Part shown: piece by piece, positions 25,775 through 39,824 of the stretch
How the letters are laid out: every line of letters begins with the position of its first letter
Numbering within the stretch: position 1 is the first letter of the stretch
Assembly: GCA_030141605.1 (NCBI GenBank)
Contig: JAQGDQ010000890.1
Location: 1-64,000 of the forward strand
Source: Tubiluchus corallicola
Taxonomy: Eukaryota > Animalia > Priapulida
Direction: 5' to 3'
Length of the DNA: 64,000 bases
Program-made: the position numbers and the translations under genes
The notes under the pieces: model-generated
The model's database searches: none
Told to the model about the DNA's origin: nothing
What the model saw: only the letters and a program-made list of their open reading frames with translations

Positions 25775-28700
25775 CTACGGAATAACTTTTCAAATTAAGT
25801 GCTGGAAAATTCATATTATACACGTCTGTGACCCGACAATATGATACAGAAAAAAATTAGGTGACTGGGAGTTTTACGACATTAAAAAATTTTCTGACAT
25901 TTGAGTTGCAAGTATCAATACGTCTATCTATTACTAGTTCTGCATTTAATTGGTTATAATAACTTTCCATTGTGTATCTATATGTCTTTTTCAAGGTGGC
26001 AAGACTATGTACTCTTTGCAATTTTACACGGATATAATAGCTTTGTACTGATAAAAAAAATAGCAGATAAAAACAATACTAACATACATAAAGGCAAGAA
26101 AGTAAAAATCGACGATAGGCAATAAAAATGATCAAAAGAAACGTAAAAAGCCTAAAGAGCAGAGAAACAATGGGGCAAGAAAGGCAAATAAAAGCTGAGC
26201 AACACATTAGGTAAAAATAAAAATAAAAAATTACGAAAAAGAGACATGGCAAATAGATAATAAAAATAACAAAGATGACAATAAAATTAACAGAACCAGC
26301 TGTTTCATCAGTAATGATAACACTGCAACAATGACGATGACAGCAACAACATTAACAACGTTGAAGCGAGTGAATAGCTGAGTAGTTACAGTGTGCACTT
26401 AGTTGCAAAGTTAAGTCCATGCTGATTTCATGCATTGACCTGCAGTGCACTACTTTTAGTTACTAAATGCAAAATAGTGATGATGATATACTGCTATTGG
26501 GAAACTTGCAGTTGTTTTCAAAAAAGAGAGCACCAGCCTTGCAAATCTTTTTTAATATTCTTTCGTCAGTCTGTCATTTTAAATCCTGTGACTTCACGAC
26601 TTTACTTAAAAATAGAAATATGGATTTACTGGTAATTTAAGGTCATTTTTAAAACTAAAGAGCGTATAAAATTTCAAAAGATGTCTACAGTTTGTATGTC
26701 TAATGCTTGTTTGCATGCCAAACTTCCAGAAAAGAATTTCCAGGAAAAAAATCCAATTTTGATTTTAAAACGTTTTAAACATAATTCAGGTCACCACTGG
26801 AGACGTAAAGCTTTCAAACCAAAATTTAATTTTGCAAAAAGGACTCGTCCCCTCAGATGGGTCATACCACAAGCTTCTGGGCTACCTCCATGCAGCATTT
26901 TTTACGGTATACTGTACAGCCATATAACTAATCATACAATAGCTACCGCCTATCGGCTATCGTACTTAGTATTGTGCGTACTCTACAGTTCCATCCGATG
27001 GAGGTCACACATTCCTAGAGCCCTGTCGTATGACCAGTTATTCTATCGGAGATGCCATCCCCACTTATTACAAAGCCGAAAACTTATTTATATATAGAGT
27101 TGCTTTACTCAAACAGTTTGTGGTACGTTACAGTTGTTTAGCATTGTTGTCTACGTGTATTTTAAACTTTATCACGTGGCGACATCTTTGAGTGAGTAAT
27201 TGCATATATTTTTCGCGGTTTCCCAAACAGTTTGTGGTGCGTTATAATTCTTTGTATTGGTTGCTATGTATTTTTAAATTTTATTCGTGTGGCGACATCT
27301 GTAATTTTAAGATCTATTTGTGCGCGCATTGGTAAGGCTTCTTGCTGTACGATGACGTCATTTGTTTGGATGGCGCAACGAGTAACGTGTTCGTCTACAG
27401 ACATTACGGTTGTGAGTTCAAATCCCCCGAAATAAAATTTCGTAAATAGGTTTCTAGCAATTCAAACTTTTTTGCATCATTTATGGTGTTAATATGTAGC
27501 TTTGGGTTATTCACTAGATGAATAAAATCGGGAAAAAATGGAAAATGATCAAACAATGAACGCTAAGTTGATGCTCATTAAATGACTATATGATTTTAAT
27601 AAGAGAATTTGCTTTCAAAATTCAGAGTATGGTAACTTTCTCTTCCAGTTTTCCTCCTAAATATTTTACTCCAGATCTCCATGCTCATGATCACTATACT
27701 GCATCTACTAATTACTTTATGCCACAGCACTAGACTAAATATAAAAATACCGAGTGCTATAAAACTTTCGTTGAAAATCCCTGATGAATTGAAAATGTTT
27801 AGTTTGAGTAAGTTTAAAAAATCAATTAAACAAGTTTTTTGTTTGATTGTTGTTCATAATCTACCGAGTAAACGTTTTCTCGACGCATCTGTTGTAAGAA
27901 TTATTGTTAGTTCAATAGAATTGTGTTAAGAGCTTTTCAAATGTTCAAGTGTTTCCTTTGAGTGATGTTGTAGTTGTTCCATGAAATTTGACAGGTTTCG
28001 CGAAATTTACAATCCTGTTTTTGCAATTCAATTTATGTAGTTATAGAAGTGATGTTATCAGTTGTGGTGTCCAACCTGGTGGAGGAAGAGTAAAAACTAC
28101 TTGCTCCTTCATCCTCCTTATAACAACTTTCTTTTTATTGTTATTATATTATTGTATCGTTGCATTTGTTGTTGTAAAATAAATTTATTTTATTCTATTC
28201 TGTTCTGTCTTTATCTGTCCTGTCATTTCCTTTCCTATTCTATTTCTCTCCTTTGTCTGTCTGTCTCTCCCCCTTTCTGTAATATCACTTTGTGGTTATC
28301 ATCGCCAGTCAAAAGTGTTAATAACCGCTGTGTTCTCGATTCCAAAGATCCAATTGTTGTTAAATTATCAGACAAGGTTACAGCCTTTCGTTCATTAGAT
28401 TGACCTTGCCTCGCACATTGAGATCTTAGACGGGAGAAGTATCTTACAGAAGTATCGTTTAAACGCCTACTCTTAGAAGTTTTCAGTTCTTGTGCAAAAT
28501 GTCCAAATGACGTATGTGTCCAAACTATCTAGTGTCCAGTTATCCTGTTTAGCCTTTATACCCAATGCGTCAACAGATTACCTTGTGTCCAAAGGGCCTG
28601 AGTGTCCAAAATACCTTGTGTTCAAAGTGCCGTGTGTTCAAATGACTCGTTTCTAATTGTGGACTTCCCTCGGGTCTCTGTTTATCTTGGCGCCTTAAAA

Positions 28701-30186
28701 ACTTGGAATCTGTAAGAGCTCAATATAGGAGCCAAAATGCATAACAAGCAGTGACTCTAAAACTATAGTAGCTATAGAGTTACGGAACTTATTGGATAGA
28801 CACCTGGGAGTTTTGTTAGGGATTCGTACAATGGTACATTTTTTGCTTATTTAAGGGCCAGAGACAATAGTCAAAATGTGACAATTTGGGCATTCTTGGC
28901 GGCTTGGCATTCTTGACAGCTTGGCATTCTTGGCGGCTTGGCATTCTTGGCGTCGTGGCGTTCTTGGCAGCTTGGCATTCTTGGCGGCTTGGTATTCTTG
29001 GCGTCGTGGCGTTCTTGGCAGCTTGGCATTCTTGGTGGCTTGGCATTCTTGGCGGCTTGGCATTCTTGGCGTCGTGGCGTTCTTGGCAGCTTGGCATTCT
29101 TGGCGGCTTGGTATTCTTGGCGTCGTGGCGTTCTTGGCAGCTTGGCATTCTTGGCGGCTTGGCATTCTTGGCGGCTTGGCATTCTTGGCGTCGTGGCGTT
29201 CTTGGCAGCTTGGCATTCTTGGCGGCTTGGTATTCTTGGCGTCGTGGCGTTCTTGGCAGCTTGGCATTCTTGGCGGCTTGGCATTCTTGGCGGCTTGGCA
29301 TTCTTGGCATCGTGGCATTCTTGGCAGCTTGGCATTCTTGGCGGCTTGGCATTCTTGGCGGCTTGGCATTCTTGGCATCGTGGCGTTCTTGGCAGCTTGG
29401 CATTCTTGGCAACTTGGCATTCTTGACATCGTGGCAGCTTGACGTTCTTGGTTTAGAGCCTTGGCGGGACAGAAAGTCAGTGATGAAAGTGCGCGTGATG
29501 TAAGCCTCAATAAGAGTTGTAAGTCATTTTTGTGTGTTCCACATGGCATGTGAGTACATTAGAAGTTTTCCAACATTTGTGATGTTCTTATGCAGAACAC
29601 CTATCCTCATTTCAGGGTTTTTCTAATCATTTACCAACACTAAACTGTCTGTCTCTTTCCTAGCCCCTTTAGCGTTTTAATTGAATAACTGTTTATCCTT
29701 ATGCTCATCAGAGGCGCATGGCCTTTGTTCGTCTTTTTGTTCCTTCAGTATAATTATTGCAGTCATGACGTCATCAGGCTATTGGTTTCAATGTCAATCT
29801 TATTATCAGCGTTTGAGCGTTTTCGTTTTTGTTAAATCTGTCGTCCTTACTTAGAAAATTCCTTACTTGAGATACATGTATGGTGTATTTTTTGTCACAA
29901 TTTTTTGTTGTTTGTTTTGTCATGGTCTCTGTAAAATGTGGCAATTTTTCATTTGTTTTAAATTTGTAATCACTGAAGATGGCGGCACAGTGTTTGTTGC
30001 TAATGGCGGCAGAGTGCTTTTCTGTTAAACATTTTTAATCATTTACAAACTACAAACGACTTTTACCTAGTTTGGAACACTGCAAACCGATGTCGAGTTT
30101 TTACTGGCTGGTGTATGAGTTTGTATTTTCAGTGGATAGATGGCGCTTGCAGGCGGAAGGCGGTAAACAATAATCAACAGCTCTCT

Positions 30187-30237
<51 letters not shown>

Positions 30238-33200
30238 ACATCTCCAAGTACTTTTCTCTATCTCCCGATCACTCTTCATTGCAACAATTATTTCTTCTTT
30301 TTCCTTTTTGTACCTTTCTTTTTTGTCATTTTTCCTTTTCGTTCATGATACTACCATTATATTGTTTGCATGTATCTTCTTTACTATTTTTTTTGTTTTT
30401 ATTTCAATTATCTTTCTACCATAGTTCTTCATCGTCTCTTTAACTCTTCCAGCCTGGCAAGCAAGGCACACACACCAGCTTACTCACCAAGTTTTAGTTG
30501 TTGTTCTAGCTTGTGTTCTATTAGTTTATCAGTTTTTAAATCAACAGTGGTAACAAATATAAGCAAATCTGCAATAGCAACTAACTTTACATGACAACAA
30601 TTACTTACCTGAGATACGTATTAGTGCTAATATAAGCTTTCATGTTTTCATCCATATCATCTTGAGAAACATTATCAATCATCACCATTATTATGCGATT
30701 TACCTGTTAAAAACATCAGTCTTATGGTATTATTATCAGATATGCTTGAAATATTATTTGTGATAGGTGTATGCGAATTAAAGCATAGATTTAAAAAGCA
30801 TCATTACGACTAGGAGAACCTAGCAACTAGGATCATTATACCCCCTTCGTATAATTAGAACATATATTCAAACATGAGTTTAAAAAACAATACTTGAATC
30901 TTACGGCCTAATTATTAAGTTTCTGCAATTAAAAATACGCATCTTTAATCCTATTTTCATAACTGCGAAAATGAATCATTTGGTTTAGATCATCGATCCT
31001 GGTGCTTTATCATCGTTAGCACTAATTTATTATCATTGTCATTATCACTATCATTGTCTCAGCATTAATATCACCAAAGTTGCCATCGTCGTCGCCGTCA
31101 TTTTCGTCTCCTCACTTCCATTTGTTTTACTCCATTTAACGCATTTATAGTTTGTTAATGTCATAATAAAGGCTTATCCATGTTTAGCCTATTGTTTTGC
31201 TATTCAGTGCTTATTGTTAACACTAGTATTGTTATTCAGTGATCATTGTTAACACTTGTATTTTTATTCAGTGCTTATTGTTAACAAAGGTTTTGCTATT
31301 CAGTGCTTATTGTTAACACTGGTTTTGCTACGCAGTGCTCATTGTTAACAAAGGTATTATTCAGTGCTTATTGTTAACACTTGCATTTTTATTCAGTGCT
31401 TATTGTTAACACTAGTATTGTTATTCAGTGCTTATTGTTAACGCTAGTATTGCTGTTCACTGCTTATTGTTAACACTGGTTTTGCTAGGTAGTGCTTATT
31501 GTTAAAAGGTAATTAAATTCACATTAATAATAAATCAAGATTACCTGATCAGTGATTGCTCTATGATGAGCTGACTGAAACTCAAATTTGCACCATCCAC
31601 TCGTCACGAAGTCGTTAGTCATTAACACAATGGTACGACGACTATCTTGAATAGCTTTAGCTATGTTCTCAGCAATGAAGCCAGCTACAAATTCCCTGAA
31701 ACAAACTGAATACTTATGATCTCACACCTGAGAACACCGAAAAAATTCCAGAAGTCTTCATTTTTATAGACGATCCCACGTACTTGAGTTACAACTTTCT
31801 AATAATTGTTACTGATAAAAAGTCGAGCAAAAAGTGAGTTGTTCAACATTGCTTGTCATCCTTATAATGCTTGGTAGTTTTTAAGTGATAAATCATTGCA
31901 AAGTGTACCATGTACTTGCACAGCTAGGGCTCATTGTCAAGGTTGGATATGACCTTTTGGGTGCCTAGGTAATGAAATTATGGGGCTCCCTTAGACGAAG
32001 CTTAAATATTTTTTACTCTTGTTCTTTAGAAAAGCTAGAATACTAATCTTTTGTTTGTCAATAAAAATATTCTTTGAGAATTACCACTATATTGCTACTT
32101 ATTGCTAGCCAAATTAGTAGATATTTCAACACAACCGTAGTGAAAAATATATTTTTACCAATTGTTACCAAAGCTTGAGGGCTCCAAGGCCCCCTTGAGG
32201 GAGTCCGAGCTGCAGCCTATACTAGCCTATACGATTGTCCTTCACTGGATCTTACCTTTCATGAATGCACAGTGCAAACCCTTCTTCAGTTTCAAGTTTT
32301 GGTACAAATTCGTCCCACACTCGTTGCTCGTCATTGTTATGATAAGCCAGAAATGCATCGTACGGCATCTCGAGATCCGAATCGGGATATTTTTTTCGGA
32401 ACACACTGACGCCAAGCCGGACAAATAGGTAAACCTGAATTTCGTACTTGTAGTGATAAGCTATCACCAAGCAGGTTATGATTAGAACCAAAACTGTACC
32501 TGAAAGAAAGAATTGTCCCAAATGAAGCTTTCAATGATATCCCGGTTACAACTCATTGAGTCACAAAATAAACGACTTAAATAAACAAATGGCTGCAAGC
32601 GAACAGACAGACAAACAAACAAACAAACAAAAACAAACGTTTAGTCCATCAAGTAGCCGACGATTTAACTAATGAACGAATGAAGAAACAAACAAGAAAA
32701 AGTACTTGAAGTAAATAGATCAAAGATAGGTAAACAAATGAATAAATTGATATCCAAAATTTAAATCTAGATACAATTCTTGATGATGTGTATACTATGT
32801 GTTTGTGCTACTCTGGTACTAAAAATAGATTACATTTAGCTGGTAAAATAAAAAAGTTAGTACCGTCATAACTGAGGGGTGGAGTAAATAGAATTAGCCT
32901 GTGGCCTGTGAAGATTTCATATGTTCCCAGACTGGACAGGTTCCTCATCTTTAAAAATGAGAAATTGTCATAAGATTTGCACCACAATAGTTGCGTCTGT
33001 GTAAAGCCATTGTGATCTGTGACTAGAATGCTTTGCACCGTGTAAAACACATAGGGAGGTAACGAAACTACCAGCATTGCAAAACCAACTGGACTAAAGC
33101 CAGAACTAACTGAACGGTGGGTTAATGTTGTAAATTCATTATAGGCCTAGTAACACTTACCAAGCACAGTAAAAGTAGCAACAAGTTTAGGAGGGAAGTA

Positions 33201-36200
33201 TGGCTCACCGCCCGTGCGATTGCAGTATGCCCCATAGTCAAACTCCAGAACCTTATAAAAATGGATGAAATCAGTTTTAGACAGACACTCTTGCTAAGAT
33301 TTGGAAGCATTAAAACATGAATCAGTTACCATAATGAGTTACTAAATCAAGTAACAACTTAAGCTCTTCGTTGTCTTGCAAAGAGTTTAATAAAGCTCTA
33401 TGAGTATTTGCAAAAATTATAGCAAGCCTTTTACTGGCTACGTAACTTACTGGAATTATGTTGTTTTCAATGGAGCAGGTAATTGCAGAAACGTCACTGA
33501 TATTTTCTACATTTGATTTTATCCATGAGTAAAACTCGTAGTAATCACAGTCACATATCCATGGATTCTGAAAAGAAATGGAAAAAAAATCAACAGAATT
33601 TGAAAATTGTAGATTTCCTTTAGCAAAAATCTAAATGTTGAACTTGTAATAGCGTTTAAAAAGAAATAAACAAATCAAAAAATAATATAAATAAATAAAG
33701 AAGTAAATAAACAAATAAATAAACGAAATAAAAGTAAAAAGCAAAACTGAAGTTCGTTTCCTGGGTATTTAGAACAATGGTTGCTGTATTTTTAGTAAAT
33801 GGATGTAGCCGTATAAGATAAAAGAAAAGCCATCCTTCTGAAAAGTTGAGCTTATTTCAATATTCGAGAGAAATGTTAATAAGATTTAGTGATAAAAGTG
33901 CGACCAGTGCATGGTGTAATTAGTAAAATCAATTTTAAAGTCGCGATTATTTCACGCTTGGGTGCTTCAATTTTGAACGCCCATTATTCCACCAATGCCG
34001 TCATTCATCACTTGAACAAAAGCATCGCCCTGTCAAAGGTATAAAAAGGTTTTTGCGAAAATTAGACAACTAATTTTGTAATATTTCTGCGTGAATACTA
34101 CAGGTAAGCTGCAGTCGCTTGAATTATTCCAAACGACTCACGCTTACGAAAGACTACATTGCCGTTGCGAAAAGTCACGAAGCCACATCATAACTTTCGA
34201 GTAATTGGTAGCAACAGCCGCGCCTGAAAATTCCTGTATAGTGGTAGTAGTATAATACATAAATGATCTTTATGTATCATAGCCAGTTTTATGCCGTTTA
34301 CTTTGTTGTATTTCTAAGTAATAGCCATTAAAAACCAACTTTAAACAGGAGAAATGACAGTCGTTAAAGGAAGACCGGACGATTTAGACTCAATCTCATT
34401 TCAATTTACTGTCCAAAATATACATTTTCTTGCCTGTAAAAGTTAACAATTGTTTCTTATATTTGTATAATTAGCTTAGAAAATTAATTAACAGCAACCG
34501 AACACAGCTATTGCTTACGCCAGAAACTAACAGCAGTTTGTGCAATGGCAGGCGTCTTCCCTTGCGCATCAAGCACATTTGCATAGGTGTTACAATACTG
34601 TTTGAATGCATGATGTCACGAAAAACGGGCTTTAATCTAAGCTTTGATTAAAAAAAAACTATTGTAGTTTTCAATATTTTAGAGTATTCTTTATTCTGAA
34701 CTCGAGTTTACACAATCATCCGGTTTTCCTTTAAGGAAAATTCGAAGCGTCGCCTACTCGCAGGCTATAGTTCAGGTGCTAGTGCAAATGCATAGCGGTG
34801 GTCCTGACAAAAAAATCACCGGGTGCCTTTTATTGTACGGTAATGTACATGCCTAATTCTAACAGTGCTACTCACTACTGGACATTCTACAATATTTGTG
34901 TTGCGAATAATTTGTGATTCTGTGATGTGAAATCAAATTCAATGTCGTATATATACGTTAGTTAATGGCAAACTTTATTTGTGCAAAGATATGAGTTTTT
35001 TAACTACTAACCGACATTATTTACTTACTAGCAAAGGCCCCGCAAAAAAATTTGCGTATAAGCACACTTATAATCAATAATGCACGAACATCCTACCTAG
35101 CGTTCGTTTATTTTCGTAACGCAAAGCCAGCAGCAGTAGCGTTTACTGAATAAAAGTTATAGGCAGAGTAAATTGGATAACGTCAGAACAACGGCTTTGC
35201 GTCAGCAGTTTTCGTAGCGAAAATTGCCGAAAATAGAACATCTAATTAACTCCTCGCGACTCCTCTTGGTGGATGTGTCCTAAAATATAGCCCACACCAT
35301 AGTTTAGCACCGTTCTTCCTCTTTCTAAAGAGCCATATATCTCCTTTGGAGAGACCCACCAACGTTTTTTCTACAGGCCGTTTGACCAAAATTTCGAAAA
35401 AATCTATATATATATCTTATGATTTTATGTCTCTTACCTGGCTAAGAGTAAATTCATCAGCACTAATCGAAAACAACCCATGCTGTGGAAGGGAAAACAT
35501 GTTATTGTGAAGGTGAAGAATATTTAGATGAGGTAAACCAGCGAAAGTTCTGAAAAACAACAACAGATCACTAATGGGTATCACGCTGGGGACACGGTGA
35601 ATTAATCTTGCGTTAGTACATCATGGCCACAAGCTGATAGGAACGTTATTTATAATTTCGTGCTGGTTGGCTCAACTTGGGTAAACAAAATGGCCCAGTT
35701 TGAACTGCAAATGATCATTTGATTGTTCTACTAAATGCAAAGCATACGAATATTTTTGTACGATCTCAAATAAGGTAGTGTACGCTACCTTATAATTTGC
35801 AGCTAAACCTTTGTTTGGACTCTATGTTGCCTGAAAACGAGAATCCTTTCTCAATCGAAATTAAATCACGGGAAAGTAGGCTTTGAAAATAGTTAAGTTT
35901 GCACAAATAATCATAATCACTTAATATTGTACCATAACCTATCTATTTTGATATCATATCCATTGCCATATCCTATCAGAATGGCAAATTCTGACATTTT
36001 TCACTGATGAAGGTATGTTTCTTCTGGTAATTTTTGCTGCTAATTTTTGCAGTGGGAATTTTCAGTCCTTCTGGCCACTCTACAACTTTTAAAGCTCCAT
36101 TGGTGATCATATGGCTAATGAATTAATGTCATCTTGGTAATGGATCCGTTTTCAATAAAGTCAGAAAGACGTAGCATAAGTTTATAATCAAACAACGAAA

Positions 36201-39200
36201 TCTTTAGCCGCATAAGGACATCTACTAGATTAGTTTCTATGTCTACCTCTATTTCTATGAAATTATATTGTAAAGCGTTTGCCAGCCAAGATGTTGACAA
36301 CTTTGCACACGATCAAACTTGGCTCATTAAGTTTTAGTCGTAGCATTAAATTCGCTTATAAACTCATGATCTATGAGGCTCCTGCTCCACAGTAAATGTG
36401 AATAAATACTTACAAATTACCCATGGAGCTCAAATTGTTCGATTGCAAGTGCAGCGACTGAAGAGCAAACAATCCTTTAAATTCGTAGTCATAGAGAACC
36501 GAAAGTTCGTTGTGATCCAGCCGGAGGATCTGCAAGTTCTGCAGGTCACGAAAAGAGTTTGGATGGATTGTCTAAAATAAAACATGGACAGACATTTTAT
36601 TTGTGTTATTATCAGCATTAAAGAATAAATGCAAGGTGCCTCTCCTAGTATAGATGAGAAAACATTCATCAACATAAATTCACTTGCATAGAAACTGTAT
36701 AGGGTCGTTTAAGAGACATTTTGCATGAAAACGCAAGGACCATTGATGGTACTTGTCATTTTAAAATGCAACGTTGAAAAGGTTTCAGGGAGCAAATGTA
36801 CATTTCATTATGGCATCGATTAACGAAAAAAGATGCAGATATGCCCAGAAAAAACATAGGTGACAATTGAAAAAGCTGCATTACCTGTAGCTGACACCCA
36901 TCGATTCTCAGGTGTTCCATAATGGTGTAATTTGCGAAGTCGGAAGATTTTATGACAGATATTTCAGTTCCGTTTAGTTCAAGTTCTGTAACTCTAACTG
37001 AAATATGTTTCGGCACCTCAGACACATTGTAACATCTTACTAAATTTCGCCATGACCACGCGTAATCTCGCCAACATTTGCACCCCATAGGACAAACATA
37101 TCGGCAAGGACAGTCTAAATTTTCACAGCAATCTGGGTCAGGGCAAATAATATTTACCCATAAGCAATAGTCGTAGTAAGGACACAAAAAGTCTTCATCC
37201 GGTAGATTTATCAGATATCCGTAATCTCCATTGTAAGTTCGACACCAAATTGAATCAAGGTCTGTTACGATAGGGAGAGTTCTTGGATATGTCGAATCAT
37301 CATTTATATTCTTCAGGTATTTGGCTTCGCAGTCACAGTCCAGCGAGTTACCAGCCAGGTTGAATACAGGTGGTTCATCGTCATCCTTGACAGGGTCTAT
37401 TTGAATTGCATTTCTTTTCAGTTGAACAATGGCGTTCAATCTCAGATTAACGTATGTTAGGTTAGAGTAAGAGAGAAAAGAATTAGCTCCAACATGGTCA
37501 ATTGTATTTTTGAATAAGTCGATACGCTCGATGCTGTCGGGAAATAAACTATAGCGTAAAGACCGGACGGAGTTATAGGCAAGATTTATCACTTTTAGTG
37601 AAGCAGTGAAGGTAAATAATAAATCAATATTAGTGATGTTATTTAAACTAAGATCAAGCACCTTAAGATTGTTGAATCCGTCAAATGCGTTGTCATCGAT
37701 AACATTCACTTTTGACGCAGAAAAGAAGAACATTTCTAAATTTCTGCACCAACTCAGGTCTTCAGCACGTACATATGGAATGGCATTACGACTAACATCG
37801 ATTTCAAGCAAATGCAACGTACTTTGTGCTCGCGGAAAAGACGTTAGAGCGTTTCTGGATATGTTTAAATGTAAAAGTGCTTTGAGTGGTTCAAAAGCAT
37901 TGACTGACACGTTACTGATATCATTGGTTTGAAGGGTCAAAACGAGCAAGCTTGTTAGCCCATCAAATACGTCCGATGTAAGTTCTTTTAGTGTATTATT
38001 GTGCAAATATAACTGAATAAGATCGTTACAGTCTTTAAATGCATTGTCAGCTATCATGCTGATTTCGTTGCTGTTGAGAAAAAGGTATTTCAGTTTGACA
38101 GCTAAAGTGAAATCATTTGACCGCAACTTATTTATGCTGTTAAAGCTCAAATCTATCATTTCCATTTGACTGTAATCAATAAAAGAAAATACGTCGCCTG
38201 CTATAAAATTGTGACTCATATTTAACCATCCGAGTGTAGCGAGTTTTTGTAAACTATTAGGCACTCTGTCTAGGTTATTTTCCTCCAAGAAAAGAAATTT
38301 TAAGTTGGTTAGATTCGAAAATACGTTGTCGCTCATATTGTGAATGTTATTCCGCGCAAGATATAACTCTGAGAGGTAAAGTGTATCAGAGAAAGTCACA
38401 CCGTCTACAAATCTGATGTTATTGTCGCTAAATGAAACCGCTAGTAGACTAGAACAAAGCTTCAATGACAGTTCACCTTGCAACTGGTTTTGACTCAAAT
38501 CTAACACTATTAATCGTTGCAGGCACAAAGTCTCGTTGTAGATTAGTCCAGAGTTGCTTAGAGAAGATATGTTGTTGTCTTTAAGATACAGCTGCTGAAT
38601 GTCTGGCATTTGGCACAGCTCACCTGATGGAATGGAAGATATGTGGCTGCTACTCAAGTTCAAAAACAGCACGTTTGGAATACCGGAGAACGCAGATGGT
38701 ACTACGATCATGTTCACGCTTGACGAGCGTATCGTTAGAAACCTGTTACAGAAAAAAGACATTATGGACCAAAGTCAAGCTGTGCCGTCACGGTCTCTGC
38801 AAAGTTAAGCAATACAGCGCTCGCATATTAAATGGATTGGATGAAATATTTTCTTTCTGATTAGACTCTAATCAGGGGTGTAGCCATGTTCTAAAGTTAG
38901 GGGGAGCAAGCACACAAAAAAGTGCCACATTCCAAACACTTTTAACGCATTTGATTATTATACATTTTAATTTTGTCTCAAAATCAAAATACGAGGAATT
39001 TTAAAGGAAGTACATAATTTTTATTTTGTATTTAAAATTAAAATGCAATAAAAAGCTTTACAGTAAAATTGCTGAAAAGGCGCCAATTTTGAAAAATGTG
39101 CTAGGGGAGTTGTTGCTCCCCTAATAGCTACGCCACTGATTCTAATATCTGAAAAAACTGCAAACTGCGTTAAGTATGAACTACACACAATATGCATCAT

Positions 39201-39695
39201 TAAAGCAGTTGTTTGTACCTAAGGGTATTTAATCCAGAAAACACAGAGGCAGGGATATATTGCAGCTTACATCCATCAATAGCCAGCTCGTCTAAAACTG
39301 TAAAGTGATCAAACATGTCACTTGTGATTTCACTTATCCAATCGAAATCGTGCTCTATGCACAAGATATGCAGCAACTTCACTTGATCTCCTGGCAAGAG
39401 CGACAAATCCGTCTCATTTGGCCCAATTGCGACGAATGAACAGACAAGCATTACGTAGTAGTTACTCCCTTGAACGTACCAACAGCTGCATTCGTTAGGA
39501 CACTCGAAATCTAGTAAGGTTTAAAAGAGCTTGTTAAGTTGAAACTAGAAATGCGGCAAGTGTTAGCTTTTACAGTTTTATATCCATGTTTTAACATTGA
39601 CATTATTGCTGTAAAATTTTTGGTCGAAGGGTCAACCCAGATCGCTACACATCTGGATGTTGAAATTGTCGTCGTCGTGTTGTCGTTGCTGTTGT

Positions 39696-39727
<32 letters not shown>

Positions 39728-39778
39728 CTGTTGCTGCTGTTGTTGTTGTTGTTGCCGTTGCTGCTGTTGTTTTTCTTT

Positions 39779-39824
<46 letters not shown>

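Noticed and set aside
28816-29549. Six overlapping ORFs of 154-232 aa
   Set aside because: They are translations of a stop-free 17-bp minisatellite inside a TLR intron, with no splice or domain support.
30487-30568. Candidate extra TLR exon (ttgcag ... gtgagt)
   Set aside because: The upstream intron would be only about 40 nt, and the required phase contains a stop. The exon at 25585-25774 supplies TIR box 3.
31190-31505. CRISPR-like appearance (constant part plus variable part)
   Set aside because: The variable segments are only about 10 bp and related to each other. This is a eukaryotic intron with no cas genes, so it is an ordinary minisatellite.
32808-33077. 89-aa ORF within the TLR locus
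   Set aside because: No LRR or TM similarity; the phase bridge is provided by 33161-33251.
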